Positions 1-13,670 are shown, counted from the stretch's first letter. The stretch is DNA of 64,000 nucleotides from Octopus bimaculoides (GCF_001194135.2 NC_068982.1:89970476-90034475), one strand, 5' to 3'. The notes: generated by a model from the sequence alone, not told the origin. Program-made: numbers and translations.

Positions 1-254
1 ATATATATATATATATATAACACCCACGGGCATACGAAGCGAAAAGATCATGTCAGTTGTTGGTCCCTTGGCTTAATTTGAAGTCATACTTGTGACTCTA
101 GATAGATTCAATCGATAACATATTTGATTATCCTGTTGAAAGGTACTGTCACCAGGGATTCCTGCAACAGAGAGAGAGAGAGAGAGGGAGAGAGAGAGAG
201 AGATGGAGAGCAGCTATGTGAGTTATCGGAAACAATTTTTCGTCCATGGTGTTT

Positions 255-1400
255 TAATCTATACTTTACAAGTTCTTCCTGGTAGTCCTGTGGTACACAT
301 CCAACTCTCCAGATGACTTCAAAGTGCTCAAAAAGCTGTAAGACTACTTTTTAACGTCATATTTGAAGATTTCGAGTCGTACAGCACATCATCATTACCA
401 GGATCTTTCTTTGCTTGGTTATCATTGAAAGACGAATTGGTATTAAGAATAGCATCAAGCTGCTTCTTCCACGGAAAGGAGTCTAACCATCAAAAGACAG
501 GCCATGAAATTAACCATTTTCGAGGGAGCTAACCACTTCTTTGAGACTTTCATAGGAAGCTTGCTGGTCTTTCTTGTTCGCTTCTTCTTGGAGCTCAGCT
601 GTTTCAGATGACCACCATGACTCCGTCAATCTCCTAAAGGCAGTTTGCACCTGTTTCGTGCTTTATTTGTATGCACACTTTTTGATACTGGAATGTTTTA
701 GCATTGATCCAGGCCCTGTGTGAATCAAGAACAGTTTTGATATGATGCTGAACATCTGCGTTGCTGTTATCAAACAAATATTAATTCATCCGCACAGGGA
801 GACTCAATACTTGTAAGGAAGTATTATTGATTGTGTTTCTGGGGGATTTTTCTAAGATGACTCATCGATATCATCGGTCACCTGCACTGAACCAAGTTAA
901 GATTCAAGTCGATCAGATAATCCTTTCATAATATGGTTGGATTTGATGGCGAAGCATTGATGCGCTCTTGGATCTACGAGTTGGTTATTCCTGTTTTCCA
1001 AGTAATGCAAAAGGAAGTTTCACAATGCAAAAGAACGTGGTCTGAAAGAATATGGTGTGGGATGAAACAGTGATGTCAAAGTCCCTTACATCACGCTGCT
1101 TTGTGGGGTTTTTAAAATTGATCATAAGCCAATCCTTTGGTTTCTAATGTATACAGGTTGTTTTGTGGTTCTTTATCTGTTGGTAGAAAGTGTAGTTAAT
1201 TGCAAAGTCAAATTCTCTGCAAAATCAAAGACGTAGGCCATTTGATTTCATTCGCCGAATTCCTCGGTGACCGAGAATATGGGGTCATGTTTGATGCTAA
1301 GCACGCACTGGAGCATTGAAGTCTCTTATCAAAGCGAGTTTATTTCTATGCTGAATTCTCAGGCTGACAGTACTAAGTTGCTCATAAAAATTCATCTTTC
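255..1400 (-). mobile_element. Degenerate RTE-clade LINE ORF2 fragment (endonuclease-RT linker and RT start)
   Basis: Broken minus-strand frames give FDNSNADVQHHIKTVLDSHRAW (cf. WFDENDxEI), WKKQLDAILN, KDPGNDD…EIFKY (cf. KAPGxDGIPAEIFK) and WRVGCVPQD (cf. CWxEGxVPQD), with many stops and frameshifts. Confidence 0.8.
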
Positions 1401-1462
1401 TCTGGCTCTGGAACAGATATAGTTAGAACTTATCTGATTAGTGTGGGAGAAATATCGATTCC

Positions 1463-1670
1463 ATATCTTGGCACAAAGCCAGCAATTTCGTGTAATGTAG
1501 CAAATCGATTACATCGACCCCCGTGTTCAACTGGTACCTATTTAACTGGAACCGAAAGCATGAAAGGCAAAGTCGACCTAGCGGAAATTTGAACTCAGAC
1601 CGTAAAGACGAACGAAATACTGCTAAGCATTTTGTCAGACGTGTTAACGACTCTGCTAGCTCGCCGCCTT
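1463..1670 (-). mobile_element. tRNA-derived SINE, family A (AGGCGGCGAGCTGGCAGAA… head)
   Basis: The reverse complement starts aaggcggcgagctagcagagtcgttaacacg and matches the copies at 55142 and 60735. Confidence 0.85.
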
Positions 1671-2844
1671 ACTTTGAGAGAAATACTGCTTTCAAAGAAA
1701 GCGTCATAATTCGGTTTGTGACTCCAGGGGGTATAGAATGTAGGATTATAGAAGATAGAATTATATAATTAGTATTAAAGCTGTTAGTGACCATCCGTAC
1801 AGAGGGTTAATTGAGACAACCCTAGTTGTGTTGACTCAATGAATTATTATTTGTTCATTTTTGTTCATCCAGTCATGTGACACAATTCTATCATGTGATG
1901 AATTTCCACTCCCACATTGTTTTATCTTTTAATTTATGTCTATTCATCCAATCGTGTGACACTTTATGGACTGTATTAGGTGACATATTTTATATATTGA
2001 GTCATTTTATGGATTTATTCCTTTTCACCTCGGGGCGCTTGTTTTTATTACAGTCTTATTCATTTACATAGTGGACCACATCAATTACAGTTTACCATTT
2101 TGTATTCCATTTTGGAATTATTGCAATATTTTTCGTTGATTAATAAAATCCTTATTCGTTCCTACATTATAACACTTATTTATGTAAGCTCAGCCATACT
2201 TTTCGGAAATGGTTATACGAGAAGGTTGGTGCAAATGTTTTCCTTTTTGGCATTCCCCATCTCCTAAGTTAGTTGCCTTTGCTATAGCTTAGAGTATAAC
2301 ACTCATGGTGGGTTAAATGTAGACATAGACACCAAACCGATAATATTTAATTCCTCGTGCATACATGATTGGTTATCCATTCTCTCTCCTAATTTCATAT
2401 GCCCTTTAACGGGCTTTGGTTTTCATGCTGCACAGTGTACAAAATCCATTCTACTCACCTAGCAACTTGAGGGTGTTGCTGGTTTAATCGTTGACTGCTC
2501 GACTTTGCAACAATTAACATTCAAGAACGACCTGACATATATATATGCATGTATACACATACATATATACGTGTATATATACTTACACTCACACACAGGT
2601 ATAAACATATACAAACATACATGTACAGATATACATATGCATATACACGTATGTATATGTACATACACCTACACACACACATGTACACATATATATATAT
2701 ACATATATACGCACTTACATGTGTGTATGTGTGTATTAGATTGTCATAGAGAATTTGAGATGCTTATATATTGGTATTACTGAAATGAATGGAAAACATT
2801 GCGAAAAATGGTGAGCGTCATGAAATATAGATAGGTGTATATTT

Positions 2845-2980
2845 AGAAGAAGAAGAAGAAGAAGAAGAAGAAGAAGAAGAAGAAGAAGAAGAAGAAGAAG
2901 AAGAAGAAGAAAGAGAGAGAGAGAGATCGAAAGAAAGAGAGAAAGAGAGAAAGAGAGAAAGAGAGAAAGAGAGAGAGAAA
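2845..2980 (+). repeat. (AAG)n microsatellite followed by a GA-rich tract
   Basis: Directly visible. Confidence 0.95.
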
Positions 2981-3774
2981 ATAACAGAGAAATGGAGAAG
3001 TGAGAAAAAGAGTTATAACAACAATGAATCAAGAAGGTAGAAGAAAGAATGCGTTCAGAATTTTGAAGATATTCACGCATGATTATTATAATTAATGATT
3101 CTTTGAAGATTACTGTAAAACTGATTATGTAATTATTTGGACAACTTGGATGCCTGATTCATTGCACACAAATAAATTAGATTTAAGACGAGAAAAAATT
3201 CAATAAAATAAAAATTAACATTCGATATGTCAACATCACTGTGAATGAAGTGTGTGATTGTAGATTGTTAGAATAAAATGTATTAAAAGAGGAAATTCGT
3301 GTCTTGAAATAAAAGTGAGAAAATGTAACTTTTATTTGATAGAGATAAATATGCAGGTGAAGAATATGAATCCAATCTTTACTACTGTATAAACAGAATT
3401 CATATTCGCTAAAATTATCGACAGACATCTATATCAGATATGTCAAAAGACTACTGTGAATTTGTACGTAACGGAAGTTGTGTACAAGAAACGAACAAGC
3501 CATATAGATGATTGTTACACCTGCCAGAGATAGCAGTGAAGCCCTTTTGAAATTGCACTATGTTGTTTATAAAGAGGAAGACGCCTTTAAATAAGGTATT
3601 GAATACACAAATATCAGAGAAAAAAAAAAAAAGAAAAAAAGACATTATGTTCAGTTCTGGGATGTGTTTTGACTTCATGTCTTTTCGATCATCGCTGACA
3701 TGAAGAGAAACAGTAGTGAAAAGCAACGTATAAGCATATCTGTTTGATTAAGTGTTATCTTCGCAACAACGTGC

Positions 3775-3920
3775 TTTTGGATCCAGTCTCATTGCGTGAT
3801 ATCGTAGGATAGTGTCTTATACAACAGCCCTTAGCCAACCAATGCCTTGTGACGGAAATTGTTTGACTGAAAATGTGTGAAACCCCGTTTTGTGCATGTG
3901 TATGTGTGTGTGTGTGAGTG
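3775..3920 (+). mobile_element. Degenerate 5' portion of SINE family B
   Basis: agtgtcttatacaacagcccttagccaaccaatgccttgtgacggaaatt resembles the copies at 19385 and 54225. Confidence 0.5.
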
Positions 3921-4236
3921 AAGATAAGCGGTTTATAGAAAAGTGAAAGTAATCTGAAATTTTAACATAAGAAGCAAAAATTGGTGTAGGGGTGGGAGTT
4001 AATCGATCATATTCAGTGCACTACTTGACTGGTACTTATTTTATGGATTCTAAGTAGCTGATTGGTAGATTAGTGAGATTCAAACACGCAACATAAAGAT
4101 TTCCTGCTAATTCCTACAAAATATTTCGCTTGTCAATCCACACATTCTGACAACCCTTGGCGTTTATCGAACTTACAGTGAATTACAAAAATAATGACAA
4201 GGACGTTGATGACGACGTTAAACATCATAATGATTA

Positions 4237-4243
4237 TGCTGCT

Positions 4244-4274
<31 letters not shown>

Positions 4275-4297
4275 ATGATGACGACGACGATGACGAT
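4237..4297 (+). repeat. Compound (GCT)n(GAT)n(GAC)n microsatellite
   Basis: Directly visible. Confidence 0.95.
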
Positions 4298-4485
4298 GTT
4301 GTCAGCTATAGTGATGTTTGTTTGCAAAGTGATCCAAGACGATTCTAAGGTGAACTACGAAGGCTACTACCTATACTGCCATGTCAGTGAGACGTTTACT
4401 TGATGTCGGTCCTAAAGGTTGTTGAGCAAATGTTTTAGCACCGTGTTACTTTTGCTTTGAGTTGAGAGGTTTTTCGCGTTACTCA

Positions 4486-4618
4486 GTCATAACACCAGCG
4501 TATACATCCCTACCTGGTCTGCTAGAAGTAGTAACTAAACCTCCCCAACCCGATCTCCTCAAAAACCACACACACTGCTATCGGGACACATTGGATAGAG
4601 TTGACAGGGTACATTATG
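4486..4618 (+). mobile_element. Interspersed repeat (SINE/LINE 3'-end like), copy 1
   Basis: gtcataacacc…ggtctgctagaagtagta…ctgctatcgggacacattggatagagttgacagggtacattat recurs at 6314..6490. Confidence 0.75.
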
Positions 4619-6313
4619 CGTGAAGAAAATGCAGCATGGTTTTAGTTGAAATTGCCTATGATCACGTATGACTACTCTATCAGCATTGTCTTGGTGTTAA
4701 ACAACAACGACTTAATAAATCATCATTAGACTAGTAATCGCACTGGTTTAAAGCATTCGGTTTCAGGTATCCTTGTTCTTTTTTTAAATGTTCCCGATTT
4801 ATTCAATTATTTGTTATATCGGTGATTCCAAGCTTCAACGATTATGAAATTAATTGTTTAAAAAGAATTAGACAATTATTAATTCCTTGAATGCTTCAGT
4901 TTGTTACTCCAAGAATTGACTAATGGTTTACTGGGCACCGGATTAATTTGAAACATGGCATACAACCAGTGATATTCTAATTACTTTCGCTTCTTGATAA
5001 TGTCCTTGACTGATTTAATCAGGATACTGCTTAGAAACCTTAATTAAATCTGCTTGTTTAAAGATTGGAGCTTGTATTAAAGACTAATGATTATTTTACT
5101 CTGTTTAATGTTTCGAACATCTAACAGGCACTGGGCCTTGCACATGGCTTTTTAATACATCGTTTACTGTTCGATATTTTGATTTATGTTCTTGTATTTT
5201 ATATTATTTTCTGTTTTTATTTTTTTATTTTTTTGGTTGTCGTAAAATATCAGTAGTTATATTTACTTGTTTAATCAGTGAAGCCTCCGTTCTACTATAA
5301 ATCATTTCAATTTTCCAGCCCAGCTAGAAAAGCGTTTTTTGGCTGTAAACTCATTGCTCCATTGATCGCTTGCTGGGTTTTTAGGAGCTCCTAATATGAT
5401 ATTAATTTGAAAGTTAAGACAGGATATTTGTGAGAACAAACCCATAATATAATACAAATTTATATAATGTTAAAATAATATAATGTATTATAACATATGA
5501 TAATTACCTATATTCTATACAGTTAAAAAGTGTGGCCTGCTAAGAACATATAAAATTATATACAATCATATATAATAAAATAAACCGTGGATAAGATGAT
5601 CAAGCAACTTAAGACGTATTCCAGTCATATCTATCCATCTTTTAGTACATCCATAACTGTATTGTTCAAAGAATCTCGGATTTTTTAAAGACGGAAATGT
5701 ATAGTTAGAGTGAAATTATAGCTGATCGAACAGCCATGTATACGTGCCCTTGAAGGTTTCTACATAATTTGTAATGATTGAGCAAGAGCCAAAGAACTTA
5801 GCATTTGAAGCCGGTGTCCTTCAAATGAAATGTTACTACACGCTGCGTTGCTGGTGAGATACTGATTGATTTCTATAGATAGCATTTAGAAACAATGAAG
5901 TGTTAATAGGTGTAAAGACTACCTACTGAGGTGTTGGATGCAATTTATGTTAGTGGTTACTGCACATATGTTGCATTCCGGATTTATTGAACAGAAAAGT
6001 TGTTATCAACCATATCTGCGACAGCATAGCTACGATATCATATACTACTATGATTTGATGGTTGTATTCATTCATTTATTATATTTACTATAGACAATTG
6101 AAATATAATTCCGAAGAAAGCAACTGCGCAAGCAATAATTGTTTATGCCATAAGCTTTTATGAGAAAATTGCTGCTGTCGTTGCTTAGCCCTAGTAAGAC
6201 CTAATAAAGTAGATCAAACACGTGACCATTCCGTATTTTTTCTATATCAAAGATTCTGTCAATTGTATTCCTTGTCATTAAATTGTAGGCCCCAGGTCAC
6301 CTTTGATCAAGTA

Positions 6314-6490
6314 GTCATAACACCAGAGTCTACATCCGTCATAACACCAGAGTCTACATCCGTCATAACACCATTGTCTACATCACCACTCGGTCTGCTA
6401 GAAGTAGTAATTAAACTCCCCAACCTGATCCCCTCAAAAATCACACGCTGCTATCGGGACACATTGGATAGAGTTGACAGGGTACATTAT
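6314..6490 (+). mobile_element. Interspersed repeat copy 2, with a 24-bp unit triplicated
   Basis: gtcataacaccagagtctacatcc occurs about three times (6314..6384), followed by the same tail as copy 1. Confidence 0.75.
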
Positions 6491-7144
6491 ATTCTAGTCA
6501 TTTTTTTCTAAGTTTACTGTATTTAAGTCTATGTTATTTAATGTACCCGTTAGGAAAAACAATATGGTGCAATTTATAGGACATTTAGCTGCAATTACTA
6601 GCATGCTGATCGACCGCATGCAAGCTACTTCGTTAATATGCTAAGTATCCTACGTTAGAGATGTTATCAAGGGAAACTGAAAAAGCGTTTAAGGATCTTA
6701 AGAGTTCTTCTTCGTGCAACTCTATAGAATTGGTTAGAAATGACAGCTTGAAGGGAATCAAATCCCTTCTAAAAGAGACAGGAAATAACCTGGATAACAT
6801 TTCTTAAATCACAGCAATGAGATATGACTCACTAGTTAAGGAATAAAAAAGACAACAAAACAAAATTTATACTCGATGCAGTATTCAAATATTTCCCAAC
6901 ATAGAAAAGAACAAATCATGTACACTCATGAACTAAAATGATTTTCGATACAATTTCCACTTTAACATGTCCAAAGTACAATATGATTCAAGTTAAAGAT
7001 CGATAGGACGATTTTGCTAGAAAGCTAAAGAAATGGAGTTTGGTACAATTAAGAATTTGTACACGAACATCAAAACACAAACATGCACACATACTCACAC
7101 ATAAAAATACATACGTACATACGTATGTATGTATGTGTATAAAC

Positions 7145-7204
<60 letters not shown>

Positions 7205-9150
7205 NNNNNNNNNNNNNNNNNNNNNNNNNNNNNNNNNNNNNNNNNNNNNNNNNNNNNNNNNNNNNNNNNNNNNNNNNNNNNNNNNNNNNNNNNNNNNNNN
7301 NNNNNNNNNNNNNNNNNNNNNNNNNNNNNNNNNNNNNNNNNNNNNNNNNNNNNNNNNNNNNNNNNNNNNNNNNNNNNNNNNNNNNNNNNNNNNNNNNNNN
7401 NNNNNNNNNNNNNNNNNNNNNNNNNNNNNNNNNNNNNNNNNNNNNNNNNNNNNNNNNNNNNNNNNNNNNNNNNNNNNNATACGTGCATATATACATACAT
7501 ACACACACACACATATATATGCATACGTGCATATATACATACATATGTATATAACATTCCCAATTTCACCGTACTTAACTGATATTTCTCCTATCGATCG
7601 CATAGCGATGGATAGCAAAGTCAATTCTGTTCTCATTTGAATTCAGAAACACTAAAGTAACCAGTGCACTCTTTACTACCACCGCCGTCTTAACAACTGC
7701 CATAGCATGTAAACAGAATCGATTTCTTACACCTACCTTCAAGCCGATATATATCGAGAAAGGGTGATGAGACGATACCATGGTCATAACTGTGTATAAT
7801 ACCGCCTCCTCTCCACCTTCTGCCCCTGAAACCTACACCTACTAAAGAATAATCGCAATATTTGATTCATGGACAAACCTGTGGGCTATTGACTCTTGCT
7901 TGCTTTATTATTTCGACTGGTTCCTACTTTTTTTTTGTTTTTGTTGTTGACTTACGCAAGTTTATACTTGAACACATCCTACTTTCCTCCAGTCACGGAG
8001 GATCCTGAAAAGAGCTCTGCCCTTCCTCCACTGACCATAAAACAAAAAAACTTCAAAACTACCACCACTTCCACGACCACCGCGGCTATCGCGACCGCTG
8101 CCACCGCTGCTACTTCTACAACCACTACTTTGCTGCTGCCTCTCCTCCACCACCTCCACCTCCACCACCTCCTCCTCCTCCTCCTCCTCCTCCTCCTACT
8201 ACTACTGCTNNNNNNNNNNNNNNNNNNNNNNNNNNNNNNNNNNNNNNNNNNNNNNNNNNNNNNNNNNNNNNNNNNNNNNNNNNNNNNNNNNNNNNNNNNN
8301 NNNNNNNNNNNNNNNNNNNNNNNNNNNNNNNNNNNNNNNNNNNNNNNNNNNNNNNNNNNNNNNNNNNNNNNNNNNNNNNNNNNNNNNNNNNNNNNNNNNN
8401 NNNNNNNNNNNNNNNNNNNNNNNNNNNNNNNNNNNNNNNNNNNNNNNNNNNNNNNNNNNNNNNNNNNNNNNNNNNNNNNNNNNNNNNNNNNNNNNNNNNN
8501 NNNNNNNNNNNNNNNNNNNNNNNNNNNNNNNNNNNNNNNNNNNNNNNNNNNNNNNNNNNNNNNNNNNNNNNNNNNNNNNNNNNNNNNNNNNNNNNNNNNN
8601 NNNNNNNNNNNNNNNNNNNNNNNNNNNNNNNNNNNNNNNNNNNNNNNNNNNNNNNNNNNNNNNNNNNNNNNNNNNNNNNNNNNNNNNNNNNNNNNNNNNN
8701 NNNNNNNNNNNNNNNNNNNNNNNNNNNNNNNNNNNNNNNNNNNNNNNNNNNNNNNNNNNNNNNNNNNNNNNNNNNNNNNNNNNNNNNNNNNNNNNNNNNN
8801 NNNNNNNNNNNNNNNNNNNNNNNNNNNNNNNNNNNNNNNNNNNNNNNNNNNNNNNNNNNNNNNNNNNNNNNNNNNNNNNNNNNNNNNNNNNNNNNNNNNN
8901 NNNNNNNNNNNNNNNNNNNNNNNNNNNNNNNNNNNNNNNNNNNNNNNNNNNNNNNNNNNNNNNNNNNNNNNNNNNNNNNNNNNNNNNNNNNNNNNNNNNN
9001 NNNNNNNNNNNNNNNNNNNNNNNNNNNNNNNNNNNNNNNNNNNNNNNNNNNNNNNNNNNNNNNNNNNNNNNNNNNNNNNNNNNNNNNNNNNNNNNNNNNN
9101 NNNNNNNNNNNNNNNNNNNNNNNNNNNNNNNNNNNNNNNNNNNNNNNNNN

Positions 9151-9197
<47 letters not shown>

Positions 9198-9405
9198 TTA
9201 AAGATATTTATGCCGAAAATAAAATCTTTATGACGAATAGTCAATACTATAATTAAAGCTTTGCGTATGTTTGCGTGTGTGTGTGTGTGTGTGTGTTTGC
9301 GTGAGTGTGTATGCGTGTGTGTGAGTGTGTGTATGTGCGTCTACTTGCGTATATATGTATGTATATATACGGATGTATATTTATATGTATTTTGTAGGAA
9401 TATAT

Positions 9406-9439
<34 letters not shown>

Positions 9440-9897
9440 TGGATGAATATAGTTATGGCCGTTCTGTGGGGTTACCCAGGGTTTCACGCCCATAAAGCAT
9501 TTAGCTTTACAGTGTAGATATGAATGTATGTACATGACATTTTATATCAATATGTGAGTTGTGTGTGTGTGTGTGTGTATATACAATATATATATAAATA
9601 TATGTGTGTATACATTATATATATAGGTATATATATATATATATATATATANNNNNNNNNNNNNNNNNNNNNNNNNNNNNNNNNNNNNNNNNNNNNNNNN
9701 NNNNNNNNNNNNNNNNNNNNNNNNNNNNNNNNNNNNNNNNNNNNNNNNNNNNNNNNNNNNNNNNNNNNNNNNNNNNNNNNNNNNNNNNNNNNNNNNNNNN
9801 NNNNNNNNNNNNNNNNNNNNNNNNNNNNNNNNNNNNNNNNNNNNNNNNNNNNNNNNNNNNNNNNNNNNNNNNNNNNNNNNNNNNNNNNNNNNNNNNN

Positions 9898-9929
<32 letters not shown>

Positions 9930-10131
9930 CGTGTGTGCGTACACACGGGGGGGGTGCATGGATGTATATAGACTATTATAGGAACGTAACTTCTCACATT
10001 TTATCAATGAAGATTAGGAAAACCAAAACAGTATTATAAATAAATAAATAATTAAATAAACAAATAAATACCTATCGTGTGGCTGTTTATTTTTATCGTT
10101 TGAAGCATTAAATACAAACAGATGTACTCAC

Positions 10132-10378
10132 GTTTCCGGTCGAAAAGATCGACTCGTCCACCAAGCTTATGAAGCAGACCCATGTAAACTAAAATTCGCG
10201 CAGCGTTGTATTTCACGTATTTGGCATACTTGGTGCTGTGGTTGGTATAGTACCATTCATCGGAAGGCAGAAGAAGCTGCATTAACATATCTGCGATATC
10301 CGCTTCGCTGAGAACTGGATGATAGTTTGGGTTCATAGCAATACATGCCAGGGCTTGTAACAAGAGACACAGCAAGTG
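10132..10378 (-). CDS. Internal coding exon (247 nt, phase 0-1), HLLCLLLQALACIAMNPNY…LLLPSDEWYYTNHSTKYAKYVKYNAARILVYMGLLHKLGGRVDLFDRK; same gene
   Basis: Acceptor ctcttttcctgttttacAG precedes 10378 and donor AAAC|GTGAGT follows 10132. Open frame with protein-like composition. Phase is compatible with the 49356 donor. Confidence 0.9.
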
Positions 10379-10860
10379 CTGTAAAACAGGAAAAGAGAGA
10401 TATGTAAATGTATGCGTGAAAATGCAAATGCGATGGGTTGTTTAGATAATGATAATGGTGATGATGATGGCGGGGGTGGGGTGATGATTACAGTGATGAT
10501 GATGATGATGAAAATGACGACAACGATGATTATGATGAAGAGGATGAGGAAAACGGTGATATTGCAGACAGTGGTGAAGATGGGAATGCTTGCAGTGAAG
10601 ACAATGACGACGAGGATGATAATTTCTAGTTTTAAAGATGAAAATCAACTAATCAGGAAGAACTGAAAATGCGTAAAATTAATTAATATTATTGTATTAA
10701 AGCATTCTTTGATTTTGAGAACAATGTTAATTACAATAAATAGAAAAGAAACAAAAATACTGATAATTATTATATTTTAGTCATAATACATCATATATAA
10801 TCTCCAAGACGTTCTTCCTTCATTCCATCTGAACGAAGCAATGTCTATATGATATGAACC

Positions 10861-11100
10861 TCTCGCTTGTTTCAGTCTTTGGCCCACGGCCATACTAGAA
10901 CAGCACCTTGGAAGGTTTTGATCGAAAACATCGACCTCACTACCTAGTTACTTTAAGTGTAGTAATCATTCTATCTAATGGTCACTTTTGCCGAACTGCT
11001 AGGTTACGGGGACATAAACAAATACCAGCTGTGAAGCGGTCGGAGTGGATCAAACAAACACAAACACACGCACACATACATACACACACATATAGACACG
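10861..11100 (-). mobile_element. SINE family B, 3' half
   Basis: cttgtttcagtc…gccgaactgctaggttacggggacataaac is the reverse complement of the 29349 copy. Confidence 0.75.
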
Positions 11101-11199
11101 GAGGCATGTTGAAATATTCCTGGCTGTGAGTAAAAGAAAACAAAGGTAGATCAGTTAATTATGATTTTATTCGACATATACTCCTCTCAGATTCACACA

Positions 11200-11281
11200 C
11201 TAATTGCAGCGGTCCTCCAGTTTTTCTAAGTCCTCCTGTAAAAGAACTCGGAAGGTTGGGTTTCCAGCCAGGCCTTTCGTG
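11200..11281 (-). mobile_element. Short LINE (CR1/L2-like) reverse-transcriptase fragment, cut by a gap
   Basis: Translates to TKGLAGNPTFRVLLQEDLEKLEDRCN (cf. …DTK…LQxDLDxLxxW). Confidence 0.5.
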
Positions 11282-11515
11282 NNNNNNNNNNNNNNNNNNN
11301 NNNNNNNNNNNNNNNNNNNNNNNNNNNNNNNNNNNNNNNNNNNNNNNNNNNNNNNNNNNNNNNNNNNNNNNNNNNNNNNNNNNNNNNNNNNNNNNNNNNN
11401 NNNNNNNNNNNNNNNNNNNNNNNNNNNNNNNNNNNNNNNNNNNNNNNNNNNNNNNNNNNNNNNNNNNNNNNNNNNNNNNNNNNNNNNNNNNNNNNNNNNN
11501 NNNNNNNNNNNNNNN

Positions 11516-12075
11516 GGTGCGGTGAATATATTGTTGTCTAAATTATGCAAAAATATATTTACGAAAATTACATAAAAATATCTTGAAATACTGAAGAGTA
11601 AGTTTATTCAATGAAATCGCCATTGGCTTCAACCACAGCCTCCATTCGACGACTTCGGAATCTCTTGCAACTCCTCTCAACGGTTTCCTTGCCTTCAGTT
11701 CACCTTTGGTGTTACAAGGAGTTTTGTTGGTTTCTCGCTCAAATGCACCCCACACATAATAATCAAAGGGAGTGCAGTCTAGGGAGTTAGGTGGCCAGAT
11801 ATCAGGGATAACGTGGTCGCAGAAATTGTCTGACAACCATGACTGGGTTCTCTTCTTGTGTGGAATAGTCCAGAATCCAGTTACCAGATATAGGATCATC
11901 CAGCAGCCACACTTGTGACCCAAGACAGCACCACCTCCTGTAGGTATTTGATGTAGGCCTCCGTGTTGAGTCTGAGGACGTGTGGGAAGATGAATAAAAG
12001 CATAACGTCCCATCACTATTGGTCACTCCAATCATCATGATATCGACTGAATTTTGATATTTATCACTCTCGGTA
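11516..12075 (-). mobile_element. Tc1/mariner DD37D (maT)-type transposase remnant
   Basis: Gives RTQSWLSDNFCDHVIPDIWPPNSLDCTPFDYYVWGAFERETNKTPCNTKGELKAR and IMMIGVTNSDG, matching WPPxSPDxNPLDYxxWG. Frameshifted. Confidence 0.85.
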
Positions 12076-12545
12076 CATGGTGTGGAGACACAGCAAGGCA
12101 ACGGTTGCTTTCTGTCTTCACCATCTGCTTGTATTGCAGCTCTGGCGAGAATATGTCAAGCAGTACAGTATGTTGTTTCCAAATTTCTGGCAGAGTAAAA
12201 ATGCGCGTGCGCGAAATTCAAAATATAAAATAGTGACAATTTACCAATCGCACCCGCTCTCTCACTCTCTTTCTCTCTCAATATATATATATGCAATAAG
12301 ATTTTATAACGATAAATAGATATTATGATAAACTAAATCCGTTATGATGTGGGTGGCTAAAGCAATTAAAAACCAAAATGGTAGCACCTACACTTGCTAG
12401 AAATGAGCGCTAAAAATATAGCTCGAATAACCACACAACATCTCATGAGGTTAGTGATTTTGTGTGGCTATTCCAGTTATACTTTTTAGCTCTTATTCTA
12501 GCTATTGTTGGTGCTATTTTGCACACTTATTTATGTGTATGTATG

Positions 12546-12639
<94 letters not shown>

Positions 12640-13262
12640 TATATATTATACATATTTATACACACCATAAGCTTCCACACAGATTTTGTCCATCAAATTC
12701 ACTTACAAAGCATTAATCGGCCTGAAGCTATAGAAGACAGCAGCCTTTCGCGGTGTCGAGCAATGAGACAGAACCCGAAATCACAGAGTTTCAAAGCAAG
12801 CTTTTTAACCACACAACCACTCCTGCATCACTTTCAGCAAATTCTTCCTCATTTTCTTTTTATTTAAAAAAAAGATGGGGAAAAAAATCAAAAGAAAGTC
12901 AGAGGACTGTATACTATATATATATATATCCTGAAACGGGAGAGCATGCGACATATCCCGAAATAAAGACGCCGCTAAGGAAATCAGTAAACAATACCAA
13001 CCGGATGATGCATTCCATTGGCTACATCGGTGATATTAGTATTTACGACACACGTTAACAAAAAATAATTGATGATAACAGAAAGTTGTCATAGATAACG
13101 GTATATAATAATCTTTACGCGTGCATGCATGTACGAACATACATATACAGTGTACTTAGTTTTACTAATAGGAGCTAATTATAGAATAAGTTCTTAGTTT
13201 GAGACTTGGAAGTGTCATTGCCATAGAGTATGAAATGGCTCATCTTCACCAACTGTCTTAGA

Positions 13263-13482
13263 AATAATGGTTCCAAATTTTGGCACAAAGCCAGCAAATT
13301 TTGAGGAAAGGGGTAAGTTGATTACATCGACCTCAGTGCTCAACTAGTACTTATTTTATCGATTTCGGAAGAATAAAAGGCAAAGTAGACCTCGGCGGAA
13401 TTTCATCTCAGAACGTGAGGCAGACGAAAAGTCGCTAAGCATTTTCCCCAGTGTGCTAAAGATTCTGCCAGCTCACCGCCTT
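13263..13482 (-). mobile_element. SINE family A, full length
   Basis: The reverse complement begins aaggcggtgagctggcagaatc and contains the internal gtcgac/aagtac motifs. Confidence 0.85.
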
Positions 13483-13621
13483 AAAAGTGACTTAGAAATA
13501 ATAAGTTCAAAGATTCCCGCCCAGAGTGAAATCACTGGTTACTGTGAGACGCTGAACCTTCAGGCTGGTTTGACTCTAAGCCGTGGCGAATGTAACTAAC
13601 TAAGGAGATGGAGAACTTTAA

Positions 13622-13670
13622 AAGAAAAATCTGTGTTATGTTGATGACCAACATAACACAGATTTTTCTT
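13622..13670. repeat. Perfect 22-bp inverted repeat with a 5-nt loop
   Basis: AAGAAAAATCTGTGTTATGTTG-atgac-CAACATAACACAGATTTTTCTT. Confidence 0.95.

Noticed and set aside
1785-1836. Possible hammerhead ghost (GAGA-CAAC-ccta-GTTG-T) before an AT-rich tail
   Set aside because: No CUGANGA core, GAAA is mutated and the cleavage position is G; too degenerate to support.
6314-6384. Short direct repeats as a CRISPR-like array
   Set aside because: The 24-bp units abut with no spacers, in a eukaryotic context; this is a tandem expansion in a retroposon tail.
1-10131. Next downstream exon of the host gene (needs a phase-1 acceptor); candidates near 5868, 6676 and 8005
   Set aside because: Each frame hits an early stop without a convincing donor. 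The exon is probably outside the window or in a gap.
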